NCBI GenBank assembly: GCA_051294375.1
Contig: CM119270.1
Span: 10,261,741-10,325,740 of the forward strand
Reading direction: 5' to 3'
From: Paraspadella gotoi
Taxonomy: Eukaryota > Animalia > Chaetognatha
Length of the DNA stretch: 64,000 bases
The position numbers and the translations under genes were made by a program. Under the pieces are notes generated by a model that saw nothing but the letters and a program-made list of their open reading frames with translations, searched no databases and was not told where the DNA came from. Positions 26,604 to 41,351 of the stretch are shown piece by piece. Within the stretch, counting starts at the first letter, position 1, and each line of letters begins with the position of its first letter.

Positions 26604-29403
26604 ACAAGTTGCATAAAATACTAGTCAATATTTTGATACATCTTTGAAAGATCAGTATAAAAGTAAGTAACACTGTCACAGTGTAAAAGTAGGTTCATCT
26701 TCCCTTTCCATTCTCCCGCTCACCCGACTCAGTTTCCTTCTTCCTCCTTTTTTTTTCTTTCCTCCTTTCTTTTTCCCTCTCTCTGGGGACATTCTCTCTT
26801 CCACCCATTTCCCCCTCTTCATCTCCCCCTGTCCTTACGCTTCGTCAAGCAAGTTCATCATCTCAACTTCTTCAGAACGCCTCGAGCTGAATTGGGTGAT
26901 GGAGGAGGAAGGGAAGAAGGAGGAGGAAGAGGAGAAGGAGGAGGAGGAGGAGGAAGAAAAAGAAGAGAGATGGTAATATAACCAGGAATACGGGGAGAGG
27001 GTGGGGGTGGTGGGGAGTGGAGGTAGAGGAGAGAAAATATAATGAAGGAAGCGAGGAGTTGGGAAAATGAAAAAAAAAGACTTAAAAATATATGAAGATG
27101 TAATAACCAGAGAGAACAGCACGAGAAAGGGGAAAAGAGAGAGAAAATTATTAAAAAGAAAAATATAAAAAAGATATTAAAGCAGTTTTTTTTTAAATAT
27201 GATTTTCCGTACGTTAAATAAAAAAAGGAAGTGGATAAGTTAAAATATTTAGAAAAAGTGTTGACTAGATTGAGTTTAGATATTTGAAAAAAAGTTTAAG
27301 TAAAAAATGTTTCAAGAAAAAAAATTGGTCGGGCGAATTCGAGTGAAGAAAATGTGAATAGAGGGAGAAGAGATCGTTTCGAGAAAGAGAGAGGATATAG
27401 AGGAAGAGGAGGATGAGGAGGATGAGCAGGAGGAAGAGGATGGGAGAGTGGGGTTTGCCTTCCTCAAACTGGATGCCCTGATGAATTTTGGAGGCGTTCT
27501 TAGTTCTTCTTAATCCGTGGGGACTTTTAGCTCCTCTCGTTCCCTTAACGTTCGCTTTATTGCTCTCTCTCTCTCTCTCTNNNNNNNNNNNNNNNNNNNN
27601 NNNNNNNNNNNNNNNNNNNNNNNNNNNNNNNNNNNNNNNNNNNNNNNNNNNNNNNNNNNNNNNNNNNNNNNNNNNNNNNNNNNNNNNNNNNNNNNNNNNN
27701 NNNNNNNNNNNNNNNNNNNNNNNNNNNNNNNNNNNNNNNNNNNNNNNNNNNNNNNNNNNNNNNNNNNNNNNNNNNNNNNNNNNNNNNNNNNNNNNNNNNN
27801 NNNNNNNNNNNNNNNNNNNNNNNNNNNNNNNNNNNNNGAGAGAGAGAGAGAGAGAGAGACTGGTAACTTTGCTGATGGGACTCTTTCAAACTTGACAGTT
27901 CAGACGAAAATCATGGTGTTTGGAAAAAGAGGAGACGAAACCCCGCGCGCCCGGTTGAGGTACAAGTGACTGTGTTGTTTCCGCTGAACTGAGCTCTGTG
28001 GGCTGTCACAGAACGAGGTTGATGATATAAGCAACACAATCGTTGGGTTTAAATCAAACCAGTTCAATTTAAACTGACTCTTTGCAAAGCAAATCTTAAT
28101 TTTAAGACTTTTTTAAAGTTAATATATTTTAAAAAGGTAAAAGTAAAAGCAGGAATCCGTTTCTCTTTAAAAGTCTCGACAAAAAGAAAAATAAAAATCT
28201 GGAATTGTTTGGTTTCTCTTTCGGACTCGCCGCGGCATTTGTTTACCAACATTGGTTCTATTGACTTTTGACACGAATCGTCGGGGCGGAACAATGCGCG
28301 TTTCGGGGCCGCATTGGCCGGGTATGCGCGGAACGGGCCTTGACTCTTCGCTAAGCGGCATCCAAACCGCGCCCACAAAATGCGTGATCGGGGCCGGGCN
28401 NNNNNNNNNNNNNNNNNNNNNNNNNNNNNNNNNNNNNNNNNNNNNNNNNNNNNNNNNNNNNNNNNNNNNNNNNNNNNNNNNNNNNNNNNNNNNNNNNNNN
28501 CTCTCTTTCTCTCTCTCTCTCCTCTCTTTCCGGCGTTTGGATCTTTTGCCTTTCCGCATGACCGGTCAGTTTTATCGCTTTTGCTCTGTGGCTGTCCTAA
28601 TGTTTTTCACCAGGGAAATTCTCAGAGAGAGAGAGAGAGAGAGAGAGTAGAAACCATTGGATGGCAGAATCAAACGTTACTGCCAACGTTTGCTTTCGTT
28701 TATTGAGACGTCATCGTCCAAACATCCCTGGGTTATTGTTTATCTATTAACTTATTTTTAAAGTGTCGATTGTCGACTGCGGCGGGGGTTTTGGCGTGCC
28801 AGTGGCAGTGTCGATGATAGCAATACAGTGTCAATCATTGTCACCCCTCTTACCCGAAAGAGCGGGGGTGGCGTCGGGGTCTCAACACTCCTCCGCTACC
28901 CCGATTCGAGGGCGAGAAGGGGAAACGTTAATCGGAGAAGGGTTAAACCTCGGAAAACTGACGGGGTCCGAGGGTTAAATCTCGGCTCGATCTCCGTGCG
29001 GGGATCGGAGCTTGGATTTCCTGGTTCCAATCCCGCCCCCTTTAAATTACTTTCGGCCGTTTTTTTGAATTTACAGCTTTTTATTTGATTTTGTTTGAAA
29101 TTACTTTAATATATTTCTTGAATTTTTTTCATTTTTCTTTTATTTTCTTTTTTTTNNNNNNNNNNNNNNNNNNNNNNNNNNNNNNNNNNNNNNNNNNNNN
29201 NNNNNNNNNNNNNNNNNNNNNNNNNNNNNNNNNNNNNNNNNNNNNNNNNNNNNNNNNNNNNNNNNNNNNNNNNNNNNNNNNNNNNNNNNNNNNNNNNNNN
29301 NNNNNNNNNNNNNNNNNNNNNNNNNNNNNNNNNNNNNNNNNNNNNNNNNNNNNNNNNNNNNNNNNNNNNNNNNNNNNNNNNNNNNNNNNNNNNNNNNNNN
29401 NNN

Positions 29404-29441
<38 letters not shown>

Positions 29442-31194
29442 TGCTTTTTTGTCCATCAACTCTTGCCTTGAAACTGTCGGTGAACCCCTTTCCCTTCCAT
29501 TGCTCCTCCTTAATGGGTTTCTCCTGCTATGAATGAGGCAAATTCTATTTTCTGGGAGTTCCTCCCGCTTTTCTTCCCNNNNNNNNNNNNNNNNNNNNNN
29601 NNNNNNNNNNNNNNNNNNNNNNNNNNNNNNNNNNNNNNNNNNNNNNNNNNNNNNNNNNNNNNNNNNNNNNNNNNNNNNNNNNNNNNNNNNNNNNNNNNNN
29701 NNNNNNNNNNNNNNNNNNNNNNNNNNNNNNNNNNNNNNNNNNNNNNNNNNNNNNNNNNNNNNNNNNNNNNNNNNNNNNNNNNNNNNNNNNNNNNNNNNNN
29801 NNNNNNTTCCCTCGCCTGCGCAACGCGTTCATAAATTGGCTCCCAACCACCACATCCTCTCGACGATGATGCTTCTCCATAATTTCATCATATCCTAAAA
29901 AGACTCGTCGTCCTCTCGATCTCCCATTTTTTCCTTTTTCCTTCCTTTTTCTTTATTGTCTTTCCCCGTATCCTTTTTTCGTCTTTTCTTCATTTTTAAT
30001 ATATATCTTTGTCTTTTTTCTTTCCCTTTCTTTCAATTTCATATTTTTAAAAAAAATCTTCCTTTTTTAATTTTGATTCTCTTTTTTAACTTCCAAATTC
30101 ATCTAGGATTATTATTCATTCCTCTATTTTTACTCTCTTTTCTCCATCTCTCTCTCCCTTTCTCTCTTTCTCTCGACGGCGTCCATTTTCTCGGTTGCCC
30201 ACCGCTTCATATTCCCCCATGTGCAACGAGCAGCGTTGGTGGCAACTTAACCAGTCAGCAATTGCCTTTGCGTCCTCAATGTCCCCGCGCTTCCTTCTCT
30301 CCAAATGCCAGATGAACGCTTCTCTCGTCGTCGCCGTCGTCGTCGTCGTCGTTCATCGTCGTCGGCCGTCATCGTTCACTTTGTCGTCGTCCTCGTCATC
30401 GTCGTCGTCATCTTCGCCGTTCATCAGCATTTTTTTCGCCCTGGGAATTTTTCGTACACAACAGATTCGCGTTGGTTTGGACTTGATGCGTCTTACCGGA
30501 AGGTTTATCGGTTGCGTTGGGCNNNNNNNNNNNNNNNNNNNNNNNNNNNNNNNNNNNNNNNNNNNNNNNNNNNNNNNNNNNNNNNNNNNNNNNNNNNNNN
30601 NNNNNNNNNNNNNNNNNNNNNNNNNNNNNNNNNNNNNNNNNNNNNNNNNNNNNNNNNNNNNNNNNNNNNNNNNNNNNNNNNNNNNNNNNNNNNNNNNNNN
30701 NNNNNNNNNNNNNNNNNNNNNNNNNNNNNNNNNNNNNNNNNNNNNNNNNNNNNNTCCTCATAGAAGGTCAAAATGGAAGAGAGGGACTTATACTAATGGT
30801 GCCCCGGCATTTATTTGCTTAGTGTTTTGAAAAAAAAATGAGAAAAAAACAATAAGCAAAACAAAACCGAAAAAAAATCTGATACAAAGATGAGACCTCT
30901 GGTGAATCGTTTGAGGAAGAAGCCAAGGTCGGTGGGAATGTTTTGCAGGGAAGGGGAGGGCTGGTTGGAAGGGAGGTCGGAGAAAGGTGGGGGAAAAAGG
31001 GGACCACTTTCCCCCTCGAAAATGGACCAAACGGTTTCGCGGAAAGGAAGGAAATAAAGAGAAGGAATAAAGACAACAAACGCTCCCCGCTTGTTTATAC
31101 GATCTGCGTTAAATTACTTTTTTCGCCGAAAGTGTGTTTATTTCGCTAAACCGAGAGGAACGTTGAGAGCGAAGTTCGTAATCCGCGTCAGTTG

Positions 31195-31303
<109 letters not shown>

Positions 31304-31691
31304 GCGTTATGACGATGTTCGATTCACGAAAATAGCAACCTTGGTCATCTTGGCGAAGACGATCCCGTGAGATCACGTGAGGCTCACATTAATGAAATAA
31401 CGTGATTGTCGAGATTTTGCAGTCACGTGATAGGATGCGTTGGAGGGACGATCGGTATGTATTTCGAAAATGAGTTAAAGAAAAAAACGGAAAATAAAGA
31501 AGGAAAATAGGAAAAGAAGAGAGAAGGAAAGAAGGAAAGAAAAAAGAAGGAAAGAAAATCGAAGAGCCAGGATCGGGTCGATGCTGACCTCAGCAAGAGT
31601 CCGGACTAAAGACCACTGGGCACATAATGAGATGAGTGGGCAGCGGCGCGGTCAAGCTGAGAACGAGAGAAGAGAGGCGCAAGACTGAAGC

Positions 31692-31796
<105 letters not shown>

Positions 31797-33143
31797 AATT
31801 GGTTAGCATGAAGGGGTTTGGCGAACCCTTCCTTCCCCTTATCACTCGGTGGCTCATACATAATTTCTCTCGCCGCATGAAATGTAAGTCAGGGGGTGAG
31901 AAGATGGTAAGGGATATACGAAGGGTAGGAGAGTTGTTGTCGTTGTTGTTGCTATCAGATGAGCTTATACAAAAGATAGTTTAAGTCGCCCAAAATCTGT
32001 GGTTAGAGACGGGAAAACATGACGCTGTCCAAGAATATGAAATAAAGAGAAAAACCGTAGGAGCTCCTTCAACGATTCTTGACGTTTCATTTCAATTAAT
32101 TAATCTGTTGGAGCAAGAAACAATGGTGACGTCATCACTGACCGCGCTTGACCCCATGCTTATTCCATGGAATCGGTCAACATTCAACTCCATGACTTTT
32201 AATAATCTTCTTCAACTCTTCTTTCCATCTCATTCCAATCGTCCGTTCGAAAAAAAAGTTCGAGGAATGTTTTTGACGCGATCAAGCCTTTTCTCACTCC
32301 ACAAATTCGTCTCTCTCTCTTGCTAGATCGGANNNNNNNNNNNNNNNNNNNNNNNNNNNNNNNNNNNNNNNNNNNNNNNNNNNNNNNNNNNNNNNNNNNN
32401 NNNNNNNNNNNNNNNNNNNNNNNNNNNNNNNNNNNNNNNNNNNNNNNNNNNNNNNNNNNNNNNNNNNNNNNNNNNNNNNNNNNNNNNNNNNNNNNNNNNN
32501 NNNNNNNNNNNNNNNNNNNNNNNNNNNNNNNNNNNNNNNNNNNNNNNNNNNNNNNNNNNNNNNNNNNNNNNNNNNNNNNNNNNNNNNNNNNNNNNNNNNN
32601 NNNNNNNNNNNNNNNNNNNNNNNNNNNNNNNNNNNNNNNNNNNNNNNNNNNNNNNNNNNNNNNNAGAGAGAGAGAGAAAGAAAGAAAGAGAGAAGGCTGC
32701 TCTCTCTCTATCTCTCTTTTTTTGCCCTCAGCCATGCGCTTGGCGGATTTTTCTCCCCCACTCTCTACTCCAAAAGGATCCTGGGAAATCTCGCCGAGCG
32801 CCTTGAACCCTTTTTTTTTTCACCAAAACTTTCAATCACATTCGGGTTTAAAAAAAAAATTAAAAGAGGTAGTTGAAATGTTTTCAAATTCAATGAAATA
32901 CTTTTACAGAGTTACCCTAGAACTTGTAATCAGGGGTCCACCTCCTTACGCCTGACAAGTGTTTAAGCGAGAGAGATATGGCGAAAGTGGAAGGGAAATC
33001 CTTAAAGAGAAAGAAAACAAACTTTTATATATGTAGTATAAATTAAAGGGGTAAAAAAGTCCTTTGATGTGTAAACCTAAATTGAAAGAAAAAATTCTAT
33101 TCAGTTGGGCCACTTTTTAATATTTTTGAGGCAAAAGAGAATC

Positions 33144-33184
<41 letters not shown>

Positions 33185-35622
33185 CTCTCTCTTCTTTTTC
33201 ACATAATCGTTATTTCGCCTCAAAAAGTCACCGATGCAAGAAATGAGCGCAACCTTTAACCAACTTACGCTTCTTTTCACGAAGGAGAAACCGCTTCTCA
33301 TTCACCCATTCACTCACACACAGATATGACACACAGACTCAGCTTTTTATAAGCTGCCTTGCACAGATTATATACACGCTTGCACCATGAGACACTCCCT
33401 CGTATATTGCGTCATGTCAAAAAAAAGACGGATGGAGAGAGAGAGATGAGAGAGAGAGAGGAGGTGGGAGGATGGGGGGGAAGGTATGATACGTTACTCA
33501 CTCTCACCGCATGACAGAAGCTTCAAAGGAGTCCTTTTTGTGAATTTTTTTATTTCTATTCTGTTCTATTTTCTCGTCCTCTCTCTCTCTCTACTCTCTC
33601 TCTTTTTTCCTTCTTTTTCTTTTCTTGGACGCTATTTGAAGTGTATAGAGAAGTTACAAGCAGAGAAACATTACTCCTTTTTATTTTCTTCTCTTTCTTT
33701 TTTCTTTTTCTTCTTGTTTCTCTCTCTCTCTTCTCTCTCTCTGCTCTCTCTCTCTCTCTCTCTTNNNNNNNNNNNNNNNNNNNNNNNNNNNNNNNNNNNN
33801 NNNNNNNNNNNNNNNNNNNNNNNNNNNNNNNNNNNNNNNNNNNNNNNNNNNNNNNNNNNNNNNNNNNNNNNNNNNNNNNNNNNNNNNNNNNNNNNNNNNN
33901 NNNNNNNNNNNNNNNNNNNNNNNNNNNNNNNNNNNNNNNNNNNNNNNNNNCTCTCTCTCTCTCTCTCTCTCATTCTTTTTCTCAAGCTCCCTCTCCCGAG
34001 TTGTCATTTTCCGTCTCTCTCCCCCTCAGCTTCAATGGTTATCTTTTAAGCCGCGATTTCTGACTCGGAAATTTATGATTTTTTTTCTTTTTTACAAGTA
34101 TAAAAGAGGACTGAGAGAGAGAGCGACAGAGTGAGTGAGAGAGTCTAAAAGGTGATCTGGCTGTGGAGTGTGGACTTCAAAAAAATCTTTCACAATAAAA
34201 ATGTGATCGAGTGGAGCCAGTGGAAGGCCGTTCATGTTTCATCTACTTTCTGTTTTTCAGCTCAGGTTAAATTTTTTCAAGACATAATAATATGATTTTT
34301 TTACTTTTTACAAATATTTTTTGCTATTGAATCATATTCGTGGGTCATTTTCGGCCGGGCACGATGTTTCGTGAAACACACTTTGATGCTTCGTTTCGGA
34401 AAAAGCCTTTTTTTCCAGAAACTACGTTTGCACTCCCAACCTGGTTCGCGGCGTCGCTATCGACGGCGGCGCAGGCGACGGCGTCGGCGGCCGCAGCAGC
34501 GCCAGCGTCAACATGATTGCGTAAATGGCTTGAATATGACCCTTTTTATGCTTTGGGTCTTCATCAGAGGCGTCTTCAGATGTTGAGGTGGTCACGTAAG
34601 AATTCATGATTCTCTTCTCCATCTCTCTCTCGTTCTTCTCTCTTCTCTCTCTCTCTCTTCTCTTCTCTCATCTCTCTCTCTCTCTCTCTCACAACACACA
34701 TCAACCAACACACTCTCTGGCCAGAAAGAATCCCCAGACGCATTAAAATCGTCGAAACTCGGGTAGGACGAAGGCGGTGCGTAAAACTCGGCCCCCACAG
34801 ACTCGGGGTTTTTTTTACCGAGGCCATTTGACGGTCGGTGGGTCGGTTCTTGGGAGGGGTTTTAGTCTTGGGAGAGCAGGGGTGGAAACGCTGTAACAGG
34901 GGGTAAGGTCGTAAAGGGTGGGAAAGAGTTATGATGAACGAAAAATAGTTCTTTAAAAAATGTAGAGCGACCTCTCTGCAATTGATTGAAAGGTATCTGG
35001 CCAAGAAATCACTGAAAGTATAAGCTGGCAAGATTTTATTTAATATAAAAATATAATTACTTTAAGGACATACGCTTTCTAATGCTTAACTTAAAAAGTA
35101 AATTAACATTCAACTAAACCTTTCTTTTTTATAGTTATTTGTTATTAAAGCTCAGCTCAAGTATTTGGGTCAGTTCATCTTGTATTTATTTTCCCTCCTG
35201 GACTCACCTTTTTGCCCAACATAAAATTGAGGGGAAGAATTCGGGAAGATTAGAAAGTCAAACATCGGACGATGTTGAAGACCGAGACGTCCCTTGACCG
35301 GGTTTGACTAGTGACCTAGACTCTCTCTCTCTCTCTCTCTCTNNNNNNNNNNNNNNNNNNNNNNNNNNNNNNNNNNNNNNNNNNNNNNNNNNNNNNNNNN
35401 NNNNNNNNNNNNNNNNNNNNNNNNNNNNNNNNNNNNNNNNNNNNNNNNNNNNNNNNNNNNNNNNNNNNNNNNNNNNNNNNNNNNNNNNNNNNNNNNNNNN
35501 NNNNNNNNNNNNNNNNNNNNNNNNNNNNNNNNNNNNNNNNNNNNNNNNNNNNNNNNNNNNTATGGATTGTTTACATTCGGAGAATCGTTTGGTGGGTTTA
35601 GAGTCCCAAGATCTGTTACGAC

Positions 35623-35667
<45 letters not shown>

Positions 35668-36979
35668 GGACCCAAAGCAGGCTACCAGATGCCTTCCTAC
35701 CAGGCTCCTCTTTCTCTTTCTTTAATTCTTTCGCTTTTTCACTTTCTCTTAATATTTAATTAACTAAATGTATTTTCAAAAAAACTTTTCTTCCTCTTCT
35801 TCCTCCGTTAAGTTTTTCGCCGTCGGTTATTTCAATTACCATCTTTACTTAAAAACAAAACGAAAAAGACATGGCGTTTAAAAATATTTTTTTCCCTCTT
35901 ATTAAATTTTTTTTAGGTCTTAGTAGTACTTCCGTAGGAGAGCTCTTTAAAAAAAAAACAATAAAAAACTTACATATAATTTCATTCGAAAAGCCGAGGC
36001 AAAGAAAATTCAATATTCGCCTCAAGTTTGAAAAGGAATTACTTTAAAATAAATCTTCCGTTCGAAATGACATGGCTTCAAAAAAAGAGGTATTTTAAAC
36101 GTTGGCAATTAACGCCCAAATAGACACCGTTATGACATTAAAGCGAAGCCTAAATTTAAAAAAAAGTTCAACGAAGCGTGAAAAACGAACTTGTTAGGTT
36201 TTTTTTGTCAGTAACGTCACCTTAAGTTAAGAATTAACCATTATTTTTTTGTGGGCGGAGCTGAGTTCGTTTAACGAACCGGAGTTGCATTTATTTTCAC
36301 AAACTTCGAATGCTGGAAACATGTGATGCGATAAATTATTCGGGAGATTATTTTTTGGACGTAAACATTGCTACAGATTTTAAGTTAGATTTCGATAGCG
36401 TTATTTACTACTAGTTAATACTACATATAATATTTATTTTGTCTGTCCACTTTTTGCCTCTTTTATCAGCTCTTTTTTTATCAGTTTCGTGAATTCGAGT
36501 CTGAGTGAAATTCTTTCGCGGTTTTCGTGAACTTCGCTCGCAGCTGTTCGCTCTTCACGAAATCGCCGACGAAGGAAAAAGCGTTCACGGTCTAAGCTGT
36601 TAAGCGAATTTAGTTGTGAACCCGATTTCACTGTAAAAGATGTTAGCTGTAAGGGTTACAGTGTAATAATAAGACTAGAAATATTTCATATATTTCAAAT
36701 CATCACCATCTCTCAAAACAGACTATTGCGATGAAATGGCTTCTCATTCATTCTAAGAAAGTGCTCTCCTGAGCTCTTTCTTTCAATGAGAGGTTAATCT
36801 CCAAGATATAGCCTAAACTGGATCCTCAGGTAAATTTGTCTGATTGCAATCGTTATTCTGCGCTAAATTATGTTGACTGAAATGAGGATAAAAAAGAAAA
36901 ATAAGAATTCGATTATGACTGAAAAAATAAAATTGTTTGTTAGAAAGTATGTTGGAAAGTCAGCGTGGATGAATGGATG

Positions 36980-37037
<58 letters not shown>

Positions 37038-37916
37038 AAGGAAAAAATTCTGGGAAAAAACACAGGCATAAATTTAAACGACAAGAATAAAACAAAAGAT
37101 ATTTTTTTGGTTTTTTTGTTTTAGAATTTTTTTTATTTTTAAGTTTTCTCAAAACTTTTCTACTAAGAAGAAAGAATTTTTATTTAAAAAGATCATAAAT
37201 TAAACAGGCTATAAAGGGGAAGTTTGGTTTAGACCTGGAAACTGATCGCTTTGGTCAAAATAATGAAAGATATTAAAAGAAACATTTTTTTAGAATTTTA
37301 TTGTTGTTACCGATTATAAGTTGATTGTGATTGCGCGCACATTTAAAATTAAAAAAAAAAGCGGAGCATTGTCGACGCAACGGCCCGGGAGTAAGCGTTT
37401 TTCCGGTGACACAAAAGGCGGCGCTCTATTAATCATCGTGGATGTTTGAGAAAATAAAACCAAAATACGTTTAAAGAAAAAAAGTTTTCTTTTTCGCTCT
37501 TAATGTCTTTGATCTCGGCCCAAAAAAGGAGAGTTTTTTAAGGCACTCTTTTGTTTTTGAGAGAGAGAGAGAGAGATGAAGAAACTTCAAAAGGGAAACC
37601 GCTGGAGTTTTTGGCTCGCAGGTTCCACCGCTCAGTTAGAAAAAGAGAGCGAACAAAAACAAAATGGCCATAGATAAAACAATAACAAGCGAGAAATACA
37701 AAAATGTTTCCCAGCCAAAAGATTTTCCTTTTTTTTCTGTTTCAAAGAAAGTCCAAAGATCTCCGTGAAAAAGAAAAACATTTTCACAAGAAAAATGATC
37801 GCGGAACTTAGCTGTTTTTTTTTCATCGGCGAAAGTATATTGGAGATTATGTACTCATCGTCAGAGGGCGATTTTGGAAAATCGTTTTCTGCGAATTCGA
37901 TGAATGACTGAGGGTC

Positions 37917-37985
37917 CGTCAATCGTCTATCGTCAATCGTCAATCGTCAATTGCCAATTGTCAATCGTCAATTGTCAATCGTCAT
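37917..37985. repeat. 7-bp tandem repeat (cgtcaat)n, ~10 copies
   Basis: cgtcaat cgtctat cgtcaat cgtcaat cgtcaat tgccaat tgtcaat cgtcaat tgtcaat cgtcatt. Confidence 0.9.
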
Positions 37986-39046
37986 TCTTGTTAGTCTGTT
38001 AATTTGCGTCAAGACCAAATTAACCCCAGTAATTTTTTTAAATAAGGCTTCTAAAAGTTAATTTTCGCCATATACAATTTTTTTAAGACGACAAAATTAC
38101 ACGGCGAGATTAATAAGAGTTAACTATACAGAGCGAAAGCGATTACAACCGGAAAAATAATCAAGTAAAAATTGAGACTCATTCCATCGTAAACGTCTGT
38201 CCATTTTCTTCTGGTTATAATTAAAAACTCCTCATTCTGGTTCTCCTAATCTTGAGTCGTTTTTCTCTCGATTCCAAACCTTTTGTCGCGGCGAACGCTC
38301 GAGGAAGCGTGAGCCAGATATGGCGAAAAAACTACACTCTCACATTCTTTATAACTTATTCTCATTTTTTCCCTTTTTTTCTTTTTGATTTTTTTTTTTT
38401 TTTTTGCATTTGTTTAGTTTTTGCTTTTACTTGGATTTTCAACGGAGATGACAGAACGAGACCGCGGGGCCTCGAAATTCGACGCAAACTGGTTTTGTTT
38501 TATCCCTACGAAAAAAAGGAACTTTTATAAACGTCAATGTTTTTTTTACCTTCGACATCGATGGGTGAATTTTTAGCCTTTTGAATGAACATCAAAAACA
38601 ACGAAAACAACAAAAACGTCGTTTGAATAGACGATTCATGTTGAGCGGAAAAAAGCAAACGCCTTCTCTCTCTCTCACTCTCTCTCTCTCTCTCTCTCGC
38701 TCTCTACTACTCTCTCTCTCTCTCCTCTCTCTCGTCTCTCTCTCTCGTCATCTCTCTCTCTCTCTCTCTCTCGTCTTTCTTTTTTTCATCTCTCTAGCCC
38801 TCTTTCTCATCGCCTTGATTTCATGTGTTTCGCCATCATTAGATAGTATAAATTTGATGGTCGACTTTAAATTTGATTAGACGGGAGAAGCATTTTGGGC
38901 CCCGGGATGGAAGCCGAGGGATCAACTCGAGACGCTCCGCTCGAGAAAAACCCAGCTTCCTTCTCTCTCTCTCTCTCTCTCCCTCTCTCTCTTCTCTCTT
39001 CTCTCTCTCCTCATCTCTCTCTCGTCTTATTTCTCTCTTCTCTACT

Positions 39047-39077
<31 letters not shown>

Positions 39078-40081
39078 CTGTCTTTTCTCTCACTTTTTTT
39101 TCTCTCATCTTTACTTCTCTCTCTCTCGTCTCTCATCTCTCTCTTCTCTCTCTTTATTTCTCTTATCTCTCTTTCTCTCTTTTTTTTCTCCTTCTTTACA
39201 GTAGCTCTCGAATTGACTTTTCGACCGAGTTCCAATAACATTTTTTGAGCGTTTTATCACCAACATTCATAGTCAAAAGCGGCGCGCTCTTCTCTCTCTA
39301 GCATAGATCAAAGCAAGTAATCCTTACTAGCCAGTCTCTCTCTCTCATCCTCGTCTCATCTCTCCAGGCGTCTCTCTCATCGTCGTCTCCTCCTCTCATC
39401 TCTCTCTCTCTCTCTCTCGCTCGCTCTCGCTTTATCACCCTTGCGTCATGGTTGTCTCTTTGAGGATAAAGATCCCAAAAAATAACTTTTTCTGCCGATT
39501 TGTTTCCGAGGCGAATTCATAAATAATATTCTTTCCCTTTTGTAAACACATCGTGAAACAAAAGCAAACAGATGATGCGCGGGAAAACAAAATAGGAGCG
39601 GCGTGTCGAAGCGAATTGTTTGAACGGTTGACTAGTTCTTAAAAAGAATTACCAATCAATGATCATTATCGGGCCGTTTGAGATCCGATTTTAGAATTAT
39701 TAGAGAATTACTTGTATTGGCTGTTTATATTTTCCCGTAATCTTTCTGAAAAAGAGGATTATCCTCTCATTTTTAGAGATTTGACTTTTGTCAGTCTCTG
39801 TTCCTTTCCCCCTCATATGTAAATTGTATCATTCTTTTTCTTTTATTTCATTTTCTCATAGAATCGACACCGACGTGAGGAGAAAAAAAATGATGTCATA
39901 AGAAAGAAAAAAAACGTATTTGTTTTGTATTTTTTCTCCTATTTTCTGTCTCTCTTTTTCTGTCTCTCTTTTTCCCCTTTTTTTTCATTTTCTATCTCTG
40001 AATAACATGTCCCCAGTTTCGGTGGGACTCCCGTTGACTGCTACGATCCGCCCTCCGACCGAGACTTACCCAACTTTCAGC

Positions 40082-40180
<99 letters not shown>

Positions 40181-40950
40181 TTGTGCCCTTGGGCCGACAG
40201 AGCGCGTCTCTTTTTCTCTTTCCCTCCCTTCCTCCTTCCCTCTCTCTCTCTCGCTCTCTCTTTGCCCCCCGGGGTTTCCCTCTTTCCACCCCCGGGGAGC
40301 TTCGATCACCGTCTCTTCCCTTCTCTTTCGTTTTCTGTCACTTTTATCACGTTTTCATCCTCGTTAAACTATATTTTTTATTATTTTTTATTATTTTATT
40401 ATTTTTTTCGAATTAACCAAAAATAAGGAAACTTTTTCGAAAGTTCGGACGAGATTATTTCGTCCCCTTTTTTTTCCTTCGTAAAACTTGCAAAGGAATG
40501 TTTAATTGGGAACATTTAGATAAAACTGTTTCACTTTTAAAAACCCGGTAAAATTATTTTTACTATTATTTGATATCTTTATGCCAGGTTTAAGGCCCAT
40601 AAGCTAGCTAGCTATTAGTATCTTTTTTATTATTAAACTTGTTTTTATAGAAAATTAATCATGAATGAAAGAGAAAATTTGATGTTATTGGATATAAATA
40701 AAATCGGAAAAAAAGTCCTTCGATCGAACTCAATTCAACAGGTTTGGCGGGAGATCGTCACTCTGTCTCTCTCTCTTTCTCTCTTTCTCTCTCTCTCTCT
40801 NNNNNNNNNNNNNNNNNNNNNNNNNNNNNNNNNNNNNNNNNNNNNNNNNNNNNNNNNNNNNNNNNNNNNNNNNNNNNNNNNNNNNNNNNNNNNNNNNNNN
40901 NNNNNNNNNNNNNNNNNNNNNNNNNNNNNNNNNNNNNNNNNNNNNNNNNN

Positions 40951-40986
<36 letters not shown>

Positions 40987-41288
40987 CGTCGGGAAGGATC
41001 GCGTTTTTGCTTCCATTTGATAAAACTTATTAAAAAGAATTCGTAATGGATAGGGGAGACGAATTTTACACTCTTGGAGAAGAGACGGAGATTTTGAAAA
41101 GTTAGTTGATTTATAATATAAACATTGCCTCTCTTGACTTTCTCTATTTTTTTTTTCAGATCAAACAGATATACGGACTGTACGCGGCGAGTCTGTCTAA
41201 AGAGGCAGAGAGAGAAAAAAGAGATTATGCATGAGAGTCATTCATTGGTGATGAGCTAAATAGATATTGGCGGCGACTTCCGCGAAAA

Positions 41289-41351
<63 letters not shown>

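Noticed and set aside
41140-41215. Strong + strand acceptor (ttttttttcag|ATCAAACAG) as the Meis/hth IRQEKP exon
   Set aside because: Translation IKQIYGLYAASLSKE does not match the MEINOX sequence, and no good donor follows.
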